Below the pieces are notes generated by a model. That model had not been told where the DNA came from, did not search any database, and was given only the letters and a program-made list of their open reading frames with translations. Position numbers and translations under genes: made by a program. From contig NC_043010.1 of NCBI RefSeq assembly GCF_006345805.1, forward strand, positions 65,286,001-65,350,000: a stretch of 64,000 nucleotides of DNA, in the 5' to 3' direction. Every line of letters begins with the position of its first letter. Position 1 is the stretch's first letter. The DNA comes from Octopus sinensis. Lineage: Eukaryota. Positions 1-64,000 of this stretch are shown here, one piece after another.

Positions 1-1764
1 TTCTTCGTGGAGCTGAGTGTTGTACTGACCACCGCCTAGTACGTGGAAAAGGGAAATTAGTCACAAAACATAAAATCCGGGCTGCAGGGATTACCCTGCC
101 TGAAAGACTGAATGTTGATCGTCTCGGGTATAATAGTGTGAAGAGAACTTTACGAGAGGAAATGAATGATGCAGATATTGGGGAGGATTGGCCGACCCTT
201 AAAAAGTCAGTTTATGATATAGGCAAGAAAGTTCTGGGATTGATACAAAGAAAGCCTCAAGATCGGTTTAAAGAAAATAATGAACATATAGATGATTTAT
301 TGGCTGATAAAAGACGAACTTTGTCACGCTATTTGTCAGCAAAGCCACAGGAAAGAGAAGTGCTGCATAGGGAAATCAAGGATGTAAAATCACGACTGAG
401 GCAAAGGCTCTCTCAGATGAGGGATAGGTGGTGGAGTTAGAGGGCGGATGAGATATAGGTGGTGTCAGATTCCAATAACACAAAGCTGTTGTATGATCTC
501 TTGCGAGAAGTTTATGGACCGTGTTCTTCGCTGATGACACCACTTCGAAGCAGGGATGGTAAAGAACTTCTTCGTGATTCACAAGGAATTCTGCGAAGGT
601 GGCAAGAACACATTGATGAACTTTTGAATCAGCAGTCTGTAGTTAGTGAGGATGTTCTCTATTTCATCCCTGTATTACCCGTGAAGGCAGCACTCGCAGA
701 ACCACCAAAGTTGGAGGAAGTTGCAGTGGCTGTCTCAAGGATGAATAACGGGAAATCTCCGGGTATGGATGGCATACATGCGGAGTTGTTACAGCATGGT
801 GGTGAGAAACCTCTACGGCAATTTTACTCTTTGTTTGGTAAGATATGGACTAGTGAATCTATACCTGAAGACTGGAGAGATACAGTAATAGTGGTCTTGC
901 ATAAAGGAAAGGGCAACAGGAATGATTGTGATAACTATAAGGGAATATCTTTGCTTTCTGTCGTAGGAAAGGTTTTATGCAGGGTACTTCTGGATCGTCT
1001 GTTGAAACACGTTGCAGACTGTGTTCTTCCAAAAAGTCAATCTGGCTTTCATGTGGGATGTGGCACTGCTGATATGATCTTTTCAGCTAGACAGCTTCAG
1101 AAGTGTGTGGAAGAGGGTCTAGATTTGTATCAGGTTTTTGTTGATCTGACAAAAGCCTTTGATACCGTTAATAGAAAAGCATATAAGGACTTTCTGAAGG
1201 CTTCCTTAAGAGATGCTTGCATCTCTCCTGACACATGAGAGGGAATAGCTATTGATCGTAGCAGTTGGAGAAGGATTGTGCACGAGGGGACAGCTACTTT
1301 TGAGAAATCTCGAGTTGCGCATGAGAAAGTAAGGAGGGATGTCAGGAAGGGCATCGCTGTTACATTTCCAGATGGGAAGGGTCTCTCTATGATGCTGACA
1401 TGAAGTGTCTGTGCAAGACCCTGCCTCACTAAAGCTGAACTCAAGAGTCCTCTTCGTAGTCATAGAACGAGACTGATGAGTGACAGCCTGGCCACTGGTG
1501 GTGGTGTTACACACCATAATAATCATATCTGTCAGGCATGTGGAAGATAGTGTAATTCGGCAGGAGGACTTAAATGACATACAAAGTTACATGAAGCCCA
1601 GTTACAACTAGAGCCGGCTATTACCAGTAAAGGTTTTAGTTGTCAATTTTGTACAAGACATTGTAGATCTTTAGCTGGGCTAAAAAGTCACATTCGATCA
1701 CAGCACCAGTAACAGTTAAGCTTTGTGCAATGGCCATACTAGCCAAAATGGGGGAAGCCATCAC
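1..1764 (+). mobile_element. RTE-clade LINE, decayed, with internal deletion of the RT core and three C-terminal C2H2 fingers
   Basis: TDHRLV at the start (APE end); KSPGMDGI, KGKGNRNDCDNYKGISLLSVVGK, QSGF, DMIFSARQLQ, FVDLTKAFDTVNR; then DRSSWR and zinc-finger tail to TAA at 1710-1712; short 3'UTR ending in a microsatellite. Confidence 0.9.
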
Positions 1765-1775
1765 ATATATGTATG

Positions 1776-2400
<625 letters not shown>

Positions 2401-2404
2401 TATA

Positions 2405-3215
2405 CAGGGCTGGATAAAATAATGGAAATTTTAAACAAATTATCTTAATATGGGGTAGGACCGCCTTTGGCAGTAATTACACCTTCAATTCTACGAGGTA
2501 TGGACTCGTACAAAGTTTGAATTGTTTCCAAAGGACTTTTTGTCCATTCCTCGGTTAAAACAATCTTCATTTCTTGTAGTGATGATATCGATAAGGTGGA
2601 GGATATTGACTCTTTGCGTGTTTTTATAAAATGCACAATAAATGCTCAATAATATTGAGATCTTGGGACTGTGGTGACCCGATGAACAGTTCAACTTCAC
2701 TAGAATGTTTTTCCTGCCATTCAGTAACAACTTTAGCTGCGTGAATTGGTGCATTATCATTCTGAAAGATTGCGTTTCTCTCAGGAAGCAGCTGCGCAAC
2801 CATAGGATGACTTTGATTAGATAAAATTCTTAAATAGCCTTCACGGTTAATTCTGCCATGAAGGGAAACAAATGGGCCGGGGAATTTCCAAGATGCATCC
2901 CCACCCCAGATCATCACAGATCCTCCTCCATATTTAACAGTTGGAAGAAGGCAGTCTGGGTCAAATGCTCCTTGCTTCCTTTGGCTCTCTCCACACGTAT
3001 ACTTTACCGGTGGGCGGAAATAAGGTAAAGGATGCTCTAGGCACCAATTCTGGAGTTTTTTACTCCACTCTAAACGCATTGCGACGATTGTTTTTGAAAG
3101 TAGTGGTTTTCTGATTGTAGCCCTCCCGTGAAATCCGGTTTTGTGCAGCTCCCGGCGAACAGTTTTTGTGGAAACAGGGTTCTCAAAGTGGTCCTTAAGC
3201 TCTGCAGGAATTTTG
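2405..3215 (-). mobile_element. Tc1-family transposon remnant
   Basis: PTVKYGGGSVMIWG, FQNDNAPIH, SPQSQDLNIIEHL, SIPRRIEGVITAKGGPTPY; TA-flanked terminus CAGGGCTGGATAAAATAATGGAAA at 2405. Confidence 0.88.
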
Positions 3216-3227
3216 GGAACTGTAGCT

Positions 3228-3362
3228 TTTCGGTGACAGAATCCGATAGAATAAGTACCGGGCGTAGATTAAATTACTGTGTCCGATTCGTTCGACTAAG
3301 AATCATTGAAGGCGTTGCCCCGCATAACTGCAGTCAAACGACTGAAACAAGCAAAAGATAAA
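3228..3362 (+). mobile_element. SINE 3' fragment (same family as 32550..32858 and 24588..24698)
   Basis: Shared ccgatagaataagtac...ttcgactaa...gactgaaacaag tail. Confidence 0.6.
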
Positions 3363-4507
3363 CAATAAAAGGAGAACGCAACGTAATATTATGTTGTCCT
3401 CATGGACATTTTGTAAATGAATAACATGAATAACATTACGAATCAATGGATATCTTGTACGAAACAGTTATAAGTATTTTAACATGCTATCGTGTTGTAT
3501 CTGGTTCATTAGGTTAATGCTTCCATTGAGTTATGGAAAAATTTTTTTTAATTTTAGGAAGTAATGTTTATCGACCAATCAAAATGATTGTTCCGTAGGA
3601 ACCGATGTTACGATCATTCTAACCCCCAGGAGGAACCTCCTCCAGCTGGTTACCGAGGAAACCTGCACCCGATATATATTGCAAGCTGGAGAGAGAACCC
3701 CTGCAATATTCTTGTGACAATGCCGACATCACCGGACTTTATGATTCCGAGTTATGTGTGCCGATCCTCAGTAGTGGACACTCATCCGCTAGAGATAGAT
3801 GTAATCCACTGCAGCTTACCATATACAGAAAGCATAAGTGACGGCCTGTCAACAATCTTGCAAGAAGCAACGTAGTAAGTTAGAAAATCTTTAGAAGAGA
3901 TGAAATTAGAAACTATACTGAGAAGTAATGTTTATCGCCATTGCAATATAGCTGTTACATAGGGGCCGATGTTGCTTCCGTTTTTAATCCCAGCAGAAGC
4001 CGCTTCAGCAAACTGATGATGCAAACTGTCCCCGATATATATTGCAGGTAGGGAAGCGAACCGCTATCATCTTTTAGGAACGGTGACTGGACCAAATGTT
4101 CTACTGAGTTTTTTGAAATTTTGAGATGAAGTTCAATTCGATTCCATGCAATGGGTGCACTTGTCTAATGTATATCAATACAAAAGCGAGTTGTGCTAAT
4201 AATTTTTCGATATATTTCAGTTTGTTAATAAGACTGCCTGCCGGCAAGATCGTTGGCAATTGGGCTTTTCTTTACATCCTCTCGGGATTCGGTGAATTAT
4301 GTACCAATCAAGTACTGAGGTTGATGTGATCAGTTGCCCCCTCCTCCCTCCATAAAAATCCAGGGCTTGTACCTAGGGTAGAAAGGATCTATAGATGTTT
4401 TCGTTAAATAATGAAAGAGACTTACTGATGTATTGCGGTTAAAGCTTGTGCGAAAGCCATTTGCCTGCTCATAATTCTTTATAACTTCTTATATGTTATA
4501 TTTCACC

Positions 4508-4568
4508 ATAAACGGATCGTGCCCAGGTGAATGCGATAATGGATACACCGGATTCAAATGCCAAAAAG
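4508..4568 (+). pseudogene. Truncated copy (3' half) of EGF exon A
   Basis: Identical to 5221..5281 (INGSCPGECDNGYTGFKCQK) and followed by the same intron sequence to about 4665, but no acceptor or 5' half. Confidence 0.8.
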
Positions 4569-5152
4569 GTTATTTTTAATACACTTTCCCCAATTATTTC
4601 AAAATTCTCTATATTTGATTTAGTGTTTCTAAACGTAGTTAACTTTCTTCTTTATCATAAGATACTATTTTTATATACCTATATATTTTTATATATTACT
4701 TTATATTATATTTTTATTTTCTAGGTGTTGTAATGTTTTTTTAAAAAAATTTTTTTTTCTGAATCATGATGAACTTTTTTCTCGCACTTTCTTATATGCT
4801 TATATGCTTGTACAGATGAATTATGTTCCATCTTGCGGGATGTTTATATGTATATTCTATGATTAAATGTTCGAATTATGAATTGTTATGCGGATGACCT
4901 TGCATTTGTTTGTTCTATAAGCTTAGTTTGATCATATTAACATCAAAACTTATATTTTCACTATAATATTCCCTACAGTAACTTTAATACTGCCCAAAGT
5001 AGAAATACAATGCTATATTAAATAAATATTTAACCATATCCGGTCTTTGTAACTCTAAAAGTAATTACAGTATCTGGTATATAAAGTGAAATATACTTTA
5101 TCATAAAACTCTTGTAATAGCAAGTCATTTGTAACATCTTTTTTTATTTCAG

Positions 5153-56638
<51,486 letters not shown>

Positions 56639-56698
56639 TGTGTAAAGAGTGAATCTTTTAGAGAACCTCCATTATGCAAAACAATTACTTGTTTGTTG

Positions 56699-56704
56699 AA
56701 TAAA
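56699..56704 (+). promoter_or_regulatory. Candidate polyadenylation signal
   Basis: AATAAA 60 bp after the stop; another at 57013..57018; common by chance in AT-rich DNA. Confidence 0.35.
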
Positions 56705-58464
56705 GAAAACAAAAGCCTCGCGGGAATTCTTTGTATCTCTCAAAGGAAAAGGAAAACCATTTCAAGAAAATAAGAATTCGTCTCTCAAAATTAATTTACA
56801 TGCTACGAGGCAGGCGTCATCTTTGTTTACACATATAGGCCAACTATGAGCATAATTTGGAAAAAATACCTTATACTTATTACAGTGACCAAAATTAATT
56901 CGGAACACTTTTTCTTCCCGAAATGTCAATGTTAATTCGTCAGGAAGCCTTAGAAAGGATGCGCCAAATTTATGGTTTTCAACAAACGAAAATATGGCTC
57001 ACCTTGCTTATAAATAAATGATTGAGGTTTTTCTTTCCTACACAAGTCAATTAACTATGAAATGTTAATATTGATATCTTGGAATTATTACAACTTTTTT
57101 TTGAGTCTTGGCCGCAATTGGCGCTAAATTCATTTTTATTGTCTCTGACTAAGATTAATCACTAATTTTTTTCTATTGTGTGTATACAGCATTAAGTTAT
57201 CCAAATTAATGTAATTTAATCTTTTGAGTCATTGCTCTTATTCACATTTTTCTTAATTATATATCTTACAGTATTTTACGTGCTGATTTATTACAATCAG
57301 TCTCCTTTGCTCCTCTCTCCATTTTCAATATTTTGTCTATATATTTCTCACTTTTTTATCGTTTCTTATATTAAATCAACCCACTTGATATCCTATATTT
57401 TAATATTATATAACGTTTGACATTCCTACAATTTCGAGAGGTAACGTTCAGCTACTTCGAAACAGCGACAATGTTTTAATACAAACCAATTCACGTAACA
57501 CAGTTATCCTCTCAATTGATACACCACCGCTTCATTTACTATTTCTCCTGTCTCTATACATACAAGGTTGGTAACTTCTTTCATATAATGTTGCTGCCAT
57601 TTCAGTTAATAGTATCCTTCAGTTCAAAGATAACTGGAGTCTTCCTAATTCACATACAATGGTGCCATGATTACTGAAATATGTTGTCTCTCATCTCAAT
57701 AAGTATACAATTGTTGCCCTTTCTATCCATATACCGTTGATATCCATCGCATTTATACAAAGTGTGTATCCTCGCCGATCAGAAACATATCCCATACGTT
57801 CTTCACAAGTCATATACTGACGCTTTCCTCTCAGATCATACACTTGAAATGTTTCTGTCTTTAGTGTTAATGATCTCTCCATTCATCCATAACTCTTGCT
57901 TTCTCGATTCATAGACATGCAGTTGGTGTCAATATCGTTGCTTCGATCAACAAAATATTGACCTGTAATATTTTAATTCATCCACATTTTGCTTGGTGCT
58001 CAGTCAAAAAAATCCTCCTATTATATTTATATAAATAATCGAATCTGTGACGAACAACAGATGCTTATATATATGCATAAATCAATATAATCTTGTAATG
58101 TCTTGTGTAATCTGTATAAATGAAGCTATGATTATAAACTCTGGCCAGTCATGCGAATTAATAAATTTATTTATATCTATAAACGTTGATGTTTGTCATT
58201 TTATCCTAAACACGTCCCTAAACACCAAAATTATCTCGAAATAATACATGGGCTAAAACAGGGATTACTCGAGAAAACAGATGGCGAAAAACTGATAATT
58301 TTAATGAAATGGTAAGCTCTACACTTCTCTCTTTTTCACTCTATATTTTTCTCTCTTTCGCATACACAACAACCCCATACCGCCCCCATAAGCGCGAACG
58401 CACATTTTACCATTCCTTTCTCTCACGCAACATTGTACAGTCTGAATATCTTATTTTAATTTTT

Positions 58465-59117
58465 TTTGTACAAGGGTAACAATTTAGGTGGGTGGGGTGA
58501 TCAATTACACCGATCTCAGTGCTCACTACTATTTATTTTATCAAATCTCAAACGAAGATGTGCAAGGTCACCATCGGCTGAATTTGAACTAAAAATTTAG
58601 GGAGTGAAAAGTAATCCTGCTATGCATTCTGTCACTGCTCTAAAAACACCGCTCGCTCGACGCTCCATTCACCACACTAATAATGGTTTCAAATTTTGGC
58701 ACAAGGCCAGAAATTTAGTAGGAAGGGCAAGTCTATTAAATATTTTATCGCCTCCGAAAGAATGAAAGGCATCGTTGACCTCGGCAGAATTTGAACTCAA
58801 AGCGTAAAGACGGACGAAACCACGCTAAGCATTTCGCTCTGTGTGCTGACGATTCTGCCAGATGCCCATCTTATTCACCACCCTAATAATTTTTTCTACT
58901 AAAGACACAAGTTCTGAAACTTGGAGAGGGGTCTAGTCGATTACATCGACCCCAGTGTTTCACTGGCACTTAATTTATCGACACCGAAAGGATGAAAGGC
59001 ATAGTCGTCTTCGGCGGAATTTCATTTCAGAACGTAGCGCTGGATGAAATACCGCTAAACATTTCGTCCTGACTGGTAACAATTCTACCAGCTCGCTGCC
59101 TTATTCACCACACTAAT
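58465..59117 (-). mobile_element. Three consecutive MetaSINE-like copies separated by a repeated target sequence
   Basis: Three SINE cores; ttcacca(c/cc)..taat at about 58668, 58874 and 59104. Confidence 0.78.
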
Positions 59118-59513
59118 ATTGATCCCACATTCACAAGGCCTCGTTCATCATTCTAATAATCATTGGTATCATATAAATATCACTAGTTACAATGTTATGC
59201 ATACGACATGAGAAACGTGTCTATAAGACCGAATTATTTTTACTGATGTTTATTTTAAGGACACTGCAATGATTAAAAAGAGAAAATAAAAGTTGTCCGG
59301 CAGCGATACATGCAGCGAAACACTGCAACGAATTCAACCTAATACTCTACCGTTTCTTCATCTGCAAGCTCTTCGCAACATAATTATTATAAATATTGAC
59401 ATTCATAAAAGAAAGATATTAATGGGACAAAAACGTCTTCAGTATTTCTTATTTTATATCACAATTGGGAGACATGTACATAGACGGAAGATATAATTAT
59501 GTTTTATGAATGT

Positions 59514-59552
<39 letters not shown>

Positions 59553-61589
59553 CTGGCCCCCTCCCCCAAAATTTCGGGCCTTGAGTAGAAAAGATATTTT
59601 ATCGATCTCGGAAGGACGAAAAGCAAAATTGACGTACACATGCGCGCGCGTATTAACACATACACACACATAGATTTACACATATTGAGTAAATATATAC
59701 ACAAACACAAAAGAAAACATTGAATAAAAACTCAAATACGGGAAATACAGAGAAATATTTATTCTTTCAAGTTGACAGTAACTTCGAAGTTTAATTAATG
59801 CTTCTCAAATAACAATGACAAAGTGAAGAAATGAAAGCTTGCCGTTTATTTATGTACAGGTCAGTGTTGTTTAAGTTCCAAGAATGTGATATAATGAGTG
59901 ACAGGGAATTGTGATGACAAAGTAAGGAAGACCCAATACAAGTGAGGTTGCCTTTAATATGAAATTTAAAAGAAGGAATAGGGGACATGGTGATATATGG
60001 TATAGACGGTAGGGGGAATTGAGTACGCTCGGGAATGCTTAATGTTTATGCGTTTAAATGTTTTCTTGACAATTTACGAAGATCTTCATCAACTGAAAAC
60101 GGCTTTAGTTTGAAATATAGAATATCAGATAAAACAGAAAATATTTGAAATTATGTAAGATTCAGGTGGTTTACAGAATTATATTTTAAACAAAATATTA
60201 ATCTTACGTTTAAAATCTTAACATCACAAGGTGTAACTAAGATAAAAATATTTTTTCAAAGGATTTCCACAAAATTTCTTTCTCTCATAAAACATTGGTT
60301 TCTTGGTAAGTTAACAGTATCATGATTTATGTAGCTATCAGGTTTATTATACTTATTTTCAGAGACATCAATATAAATAGCCATATGATTTCCTATTTAT
60401 AACTAACCGACTGGAAACAGCTAGACCAAGGTTCACAACTTATTTCTTCACAAAATATATTTTGCGTGCTTCATATCAAAAGGACAAATCAGCATGGGTA
60501 CGGTTTAGACCTGGCCAAAATCACGAATAAATAATGAGATACTGAAGAATTATGAGAAATAAGTTCACGGTAACATAACGGGTAAATTAAGATATATATG
60601 CAAATTAGTTACAAGGCACACAAAAAAAAAATTATTATTTGTTGTTTTTTGTTAATTTTATTGTAAGTAATTTGAGAAATATTGTTTGAAATAAATAATT
60701 TTCATGTTGAATGTGAATCTAGTGGTGTTCCACCTTGTGGCGGAACTATTAAAGTGACACATAATTGCAAGATATTGGTTTTGAGGAATTTCTAATTTAT
60801 TCCAAATAGGGAACATTGTTTGTCTGGCTGCTGTATGTCTGTATGTGTGTATATGGATATCTACATTTATATTTCTCTTTATGTGAATGTGTGCAAATGT
60901 TTATATAAACATAAATGCAAGCATGTATATATATATATATATCAACATATGTATTCATGCAGAATATATACATACACATAAATATATATGTGTGTGTATA
61001 TCTATATAAATATGTGTGCGTGTGTATTATATAACAAATAAAGGAATGGCGATATCGCCCATACATTCATTGCTCAGTTATTTTGTTACGATCTTTTCAG
61101 TAATAAGTGATATAGTTAAACCATTTAACACCATGGAACATATTCACAATGATTATTGGATAATTTGTGATATTAAAAGAGAACTCGAAGATGCCATTTC
61201 ATCATGTCATTAAAACGGTGCAATACGATTGTAGATAGATAAGCATAGTAATAATTACAATTAGTGAAATGACTTAGAATGTCTTAGAGAGAAAGTGACT
61301 CGTTTGACGTACTAGAAAGATGTGTGTAGTAAAGACATTAAATACACAAGAAGCTAATATACAAAGAGATACTATCGATTGTGTCGCCAAATCCACAGAC
61401 ACAAAAGAGCAAAGGGCGGATAATGAACTGTGCATTCTAGATAGAAGAGAAGTTATCCAAATATGAGTTTTCCAAAGGGAAATTTATGAGGTGAATGGGG
61501 TGAGTCTAGAGGAACGTGATACAAGTAAATAGGAGAGAGGGTAAGAGAGAGGGAGAGAAAAGAAAGAAGAACAGAAGGAGAAGTAAATA

Positions 61590-61900
61590 TTCTCGTAACT
61601 ATAGCATTAGTAGCAGTACAACCAATAATTCTTCACTAACTAGTAAACCTGATAGTATGTGTAACTTTAAAGATCGATATAGTTGCCCTTTTAGTAACCA
61701 GAGTTTACATATAAATTTAGTATATAAATGTTTCTATAAGACACCCGATAAAGTATACTGCTATATGAGGGCTTCAACGTCAATATTCAAATCTAATTAG
61801 AGTAATCATTTACATTCTTACAATAATAGGTGCAAGTTACATAATACGTAAATAGCGTATTTACTCCACACCTTAAATATAGAAACGTTCATTCCTCTAT
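61590..61900 (+). mobile_element. Old Penelope-like GIY-YIG fragment
   Basis: CNFKDRYSCPFSNQSLHINLVYKC...YCYMRASTSIFK..NHLHSY aligns with NCRKPELCPLDGFCLVTNIIYKC...FYIGSTIDFK..SHMSPF. Confidence 0.62.
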
Positions 61901-62599
61901 TTCCGGGTCAGTTTAGAGAGGGTGGTATCAGTTGCAATTTGTGTTGAATAGAGGCACTTGAATTCTTAATATCTAAGTTTGGACTAATTAATATATCTAA
62001 TGACTTATTAATCCGCAATCAAATATTTCATTTCGCTAGCGTGTATACAATTATTTCTATCTATTGCACTTGCATTTTCATTGTTACTATCATTCTTCTG
62101 TGAAATATTTCCATACTTATATTCTAGCAACCACTTTTAATCATTTGTATAAGTGAAGAAATATACTCGTGGTCGTTCTAAAAATCTACACGATGATACT
62201 AATTCAGAGTATCGTTTAAGTTAGATGGAGGGTGGGGGTTAAGGATGATATTTCATAAGTTTGTGAGGTGTACATCTGGCAAGGCTTTTCAATCGTTAAC
62301 GTAATGTTTGTCGAAGAATAGACTCGTTTCTGTTTACAATAAAATAGCATATTGGTTGACTGAAAGTTTCAAATATGATTCGATGCTTCCGTTTATCTGT
62401 TCTAGTGTGTAAAGGCGTGAGCATGATAATCTTTTTAAATGTATTAGCTGTTAATCCTTTTAAGTATTTCGAGAAAAGTAATCAACCGATTATTATCTCA
62501 TCCCTATGTATCTTAATGAATCCCACCTCAGTGTTTTATAATCATTTATTGATTCCGTATATTATAATGATTATATTGTTCTACTACTTTATAATTAGT

Positions 62600-62770
62600 A
62601 CTCTGGTCAGAATGCTAAGCGATATTTCTACCACTTTTACGTTCTGAGTTCAAATTCCGCCAAAGTTGGCTTTGTCTTTCATCCTTTCAGGGTCGATAAA
62701 ATAAGCACCATTTGAGCACCAATAGATGTGACCGACTTGTCTTTTTCCCCTAAAATGTCTGACTTATACC
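62600..62770 (+). mobile_element. MetaSINE-like SINE
   Basis: aatgctaagcgatatttc...acgttctgagttcaaattccgcc...ctttcatcctttcagggtcgataaaataag. Confidence 0.68.
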
Positions 62771-63355
62771 ATAATTATGCTATTAATATTACATTGTCTT
62801 ATTACATTTTGACTCAGTTTAGAACTCTATTTGATGGGACGTGAATCAGCCACTTTAATATCAAGTATTAATTTTATTTTTAGATTCTCCATAGATCTTT
62901 TCTCGTATATTCTTTTCCTTCTCTGTCTTTCTCTTTCCCTTGCTTCTCCTTACCTCCCCATCATTTTGTTATTTCTGATGTTGCTCCTGACTTACCCCTC
63001 ACCCTGCTAAGTATCTCTTTTATAATATCTCTGAGTTTGCAGCTACTCATATGTGAATACCTTCCCCTCTACTTAGAATACATACTACATTATCCATCCT
63101 TTGTCTCGTTTGTGCTTGTGGCTTTGGCATTACAATCGATAATATCGAGTTGTAAATGTGCCTTCTCATCTATTTAATAGCTTTAGCTAGGTAATGCAAA
63201 ATAGTGTTTCTCTATGACATCCTAAACTCCTCTCACTAATTTTATATATGATTGTGTTTGTCTCATGTACAATCGCACTACACTGATTCAAAGCCATGAT
63301 GAAATGACAGTTTTGGGTTTTCGTTTAATATCGCTTGAAGCGCCTTATGGCCATT

Positions 63356-63389
<34 letters not shown>

Positions 63390-64000
63390 TAGCACGTTAA
63401 AGGATCTAAATATCTCACTTGTTATAGAAACGATTGCAACAGGATAATAAATGTAATATCAATATCATCACTTCTTTGTTTAATTATATTCTGTCAGTTT
63501 ACTTTCCACAAATTTCAGACTTATGATATACTTGATTGTTTTTCTCCTTTATACATCCTGTTTAACCTGGAGTTCGCCTGAGTCCTAACTTGAGTCGTCA
63601 CCTGGATCTCACGAATTTCACTGTACTTACTCTGTGAGTGTGTGTGTGAAACTTAATAATTTGATGGCTTTAAAAGAAAATTATGAGGTACAAGTAAAAA
63701 TATGCAAATTCATAAATACTGAGACACTAACCGCGTCTAAGACGAAGCAATTAACTGAGTGGGTAGATTATTTGGTATCATTGAATAGTATGTGTGTGAT
63801 ATGACTACTGAATTGCGAACGCTATGATACTTTAATAACTCGTTAAAATTTAATGGGTACGAAATGTTGCTTTTAGTAAAAATCAATTTAATGTCAAAAC
63901 GTCTTTCAGTATGGGGTAATGGTTAACATTAGAACATATAAAGATTAATGGAAGTGAAGAAATATACTCGTGGTCGTTCTAAACATCTACACGATGATAC

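Noticed and set aside
3588-3875. 95-aa ORF as a host exon
   Set aside because: No EGF or signal-peptide features, no in-frame acceptor, and the diverged duplicate does not keep the frame.
57400-57990. Minus-strand ORF 57691..57882 and surrounding complex sequence
   Set aside because: No recognisable motif or splice structure; cannot be supported as coding.
60723-60777. Possible CUB-like exon (GVPPCGGTIKVTHNCK)
   Set aside because: Weak acceptor, very short, and no supporting neighbouring exons found.

Overview
This is AT-rich, microsatellite-laden eukaryotic (animal) DNA. The repeat families (MetaSINE-like SINEs, RTE LINE, Penelope-like elements, huge (TA)n/(TACA)n tracts) suggest a cephalopod such as Octopus; that assignment is inference. 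Most six-frame ORFs are microsatellite noise. The one host gene is a 5'-incomplete, + strand receptor-type protein tyrosine phosphatase that I assembled by hand from 23 GT-AG exons with consistent phases (5153..56638, about 854 aa visible). Its order is: MEGF/SCARF-type 8-Cys EGF-like repeats (one per phase-1 exon), a transmembrane helix, an ITIM-like SIYVNI motif, an intact D1 PTP domain (KNRY, WPD, HCSAGVGRTG) and a degenerate D2 pseudophosphatase ending in YSNF. The ectodomain is built from 129+135-bp exon pairs caught in birth and death: a recent 6-7 kb tandem duplication whose two exons are disabled, a truncated third copy and an old decayed pseudoexon. The introns hold an RTE LINE with three C-terminal C2H2 fingers, two Naiad-type Penelope copies plus older fragments, Tc1/mariner remnants, CR1 and R4/Dong fragments and many SINEs. 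They also hold about a dozen minimal hammerhead-ribozyme motifs from several non-autonomous families, including fold-back elements with a hammerhead on each strand. All coordinates were counted by eye; repeat boundaries are approximate.
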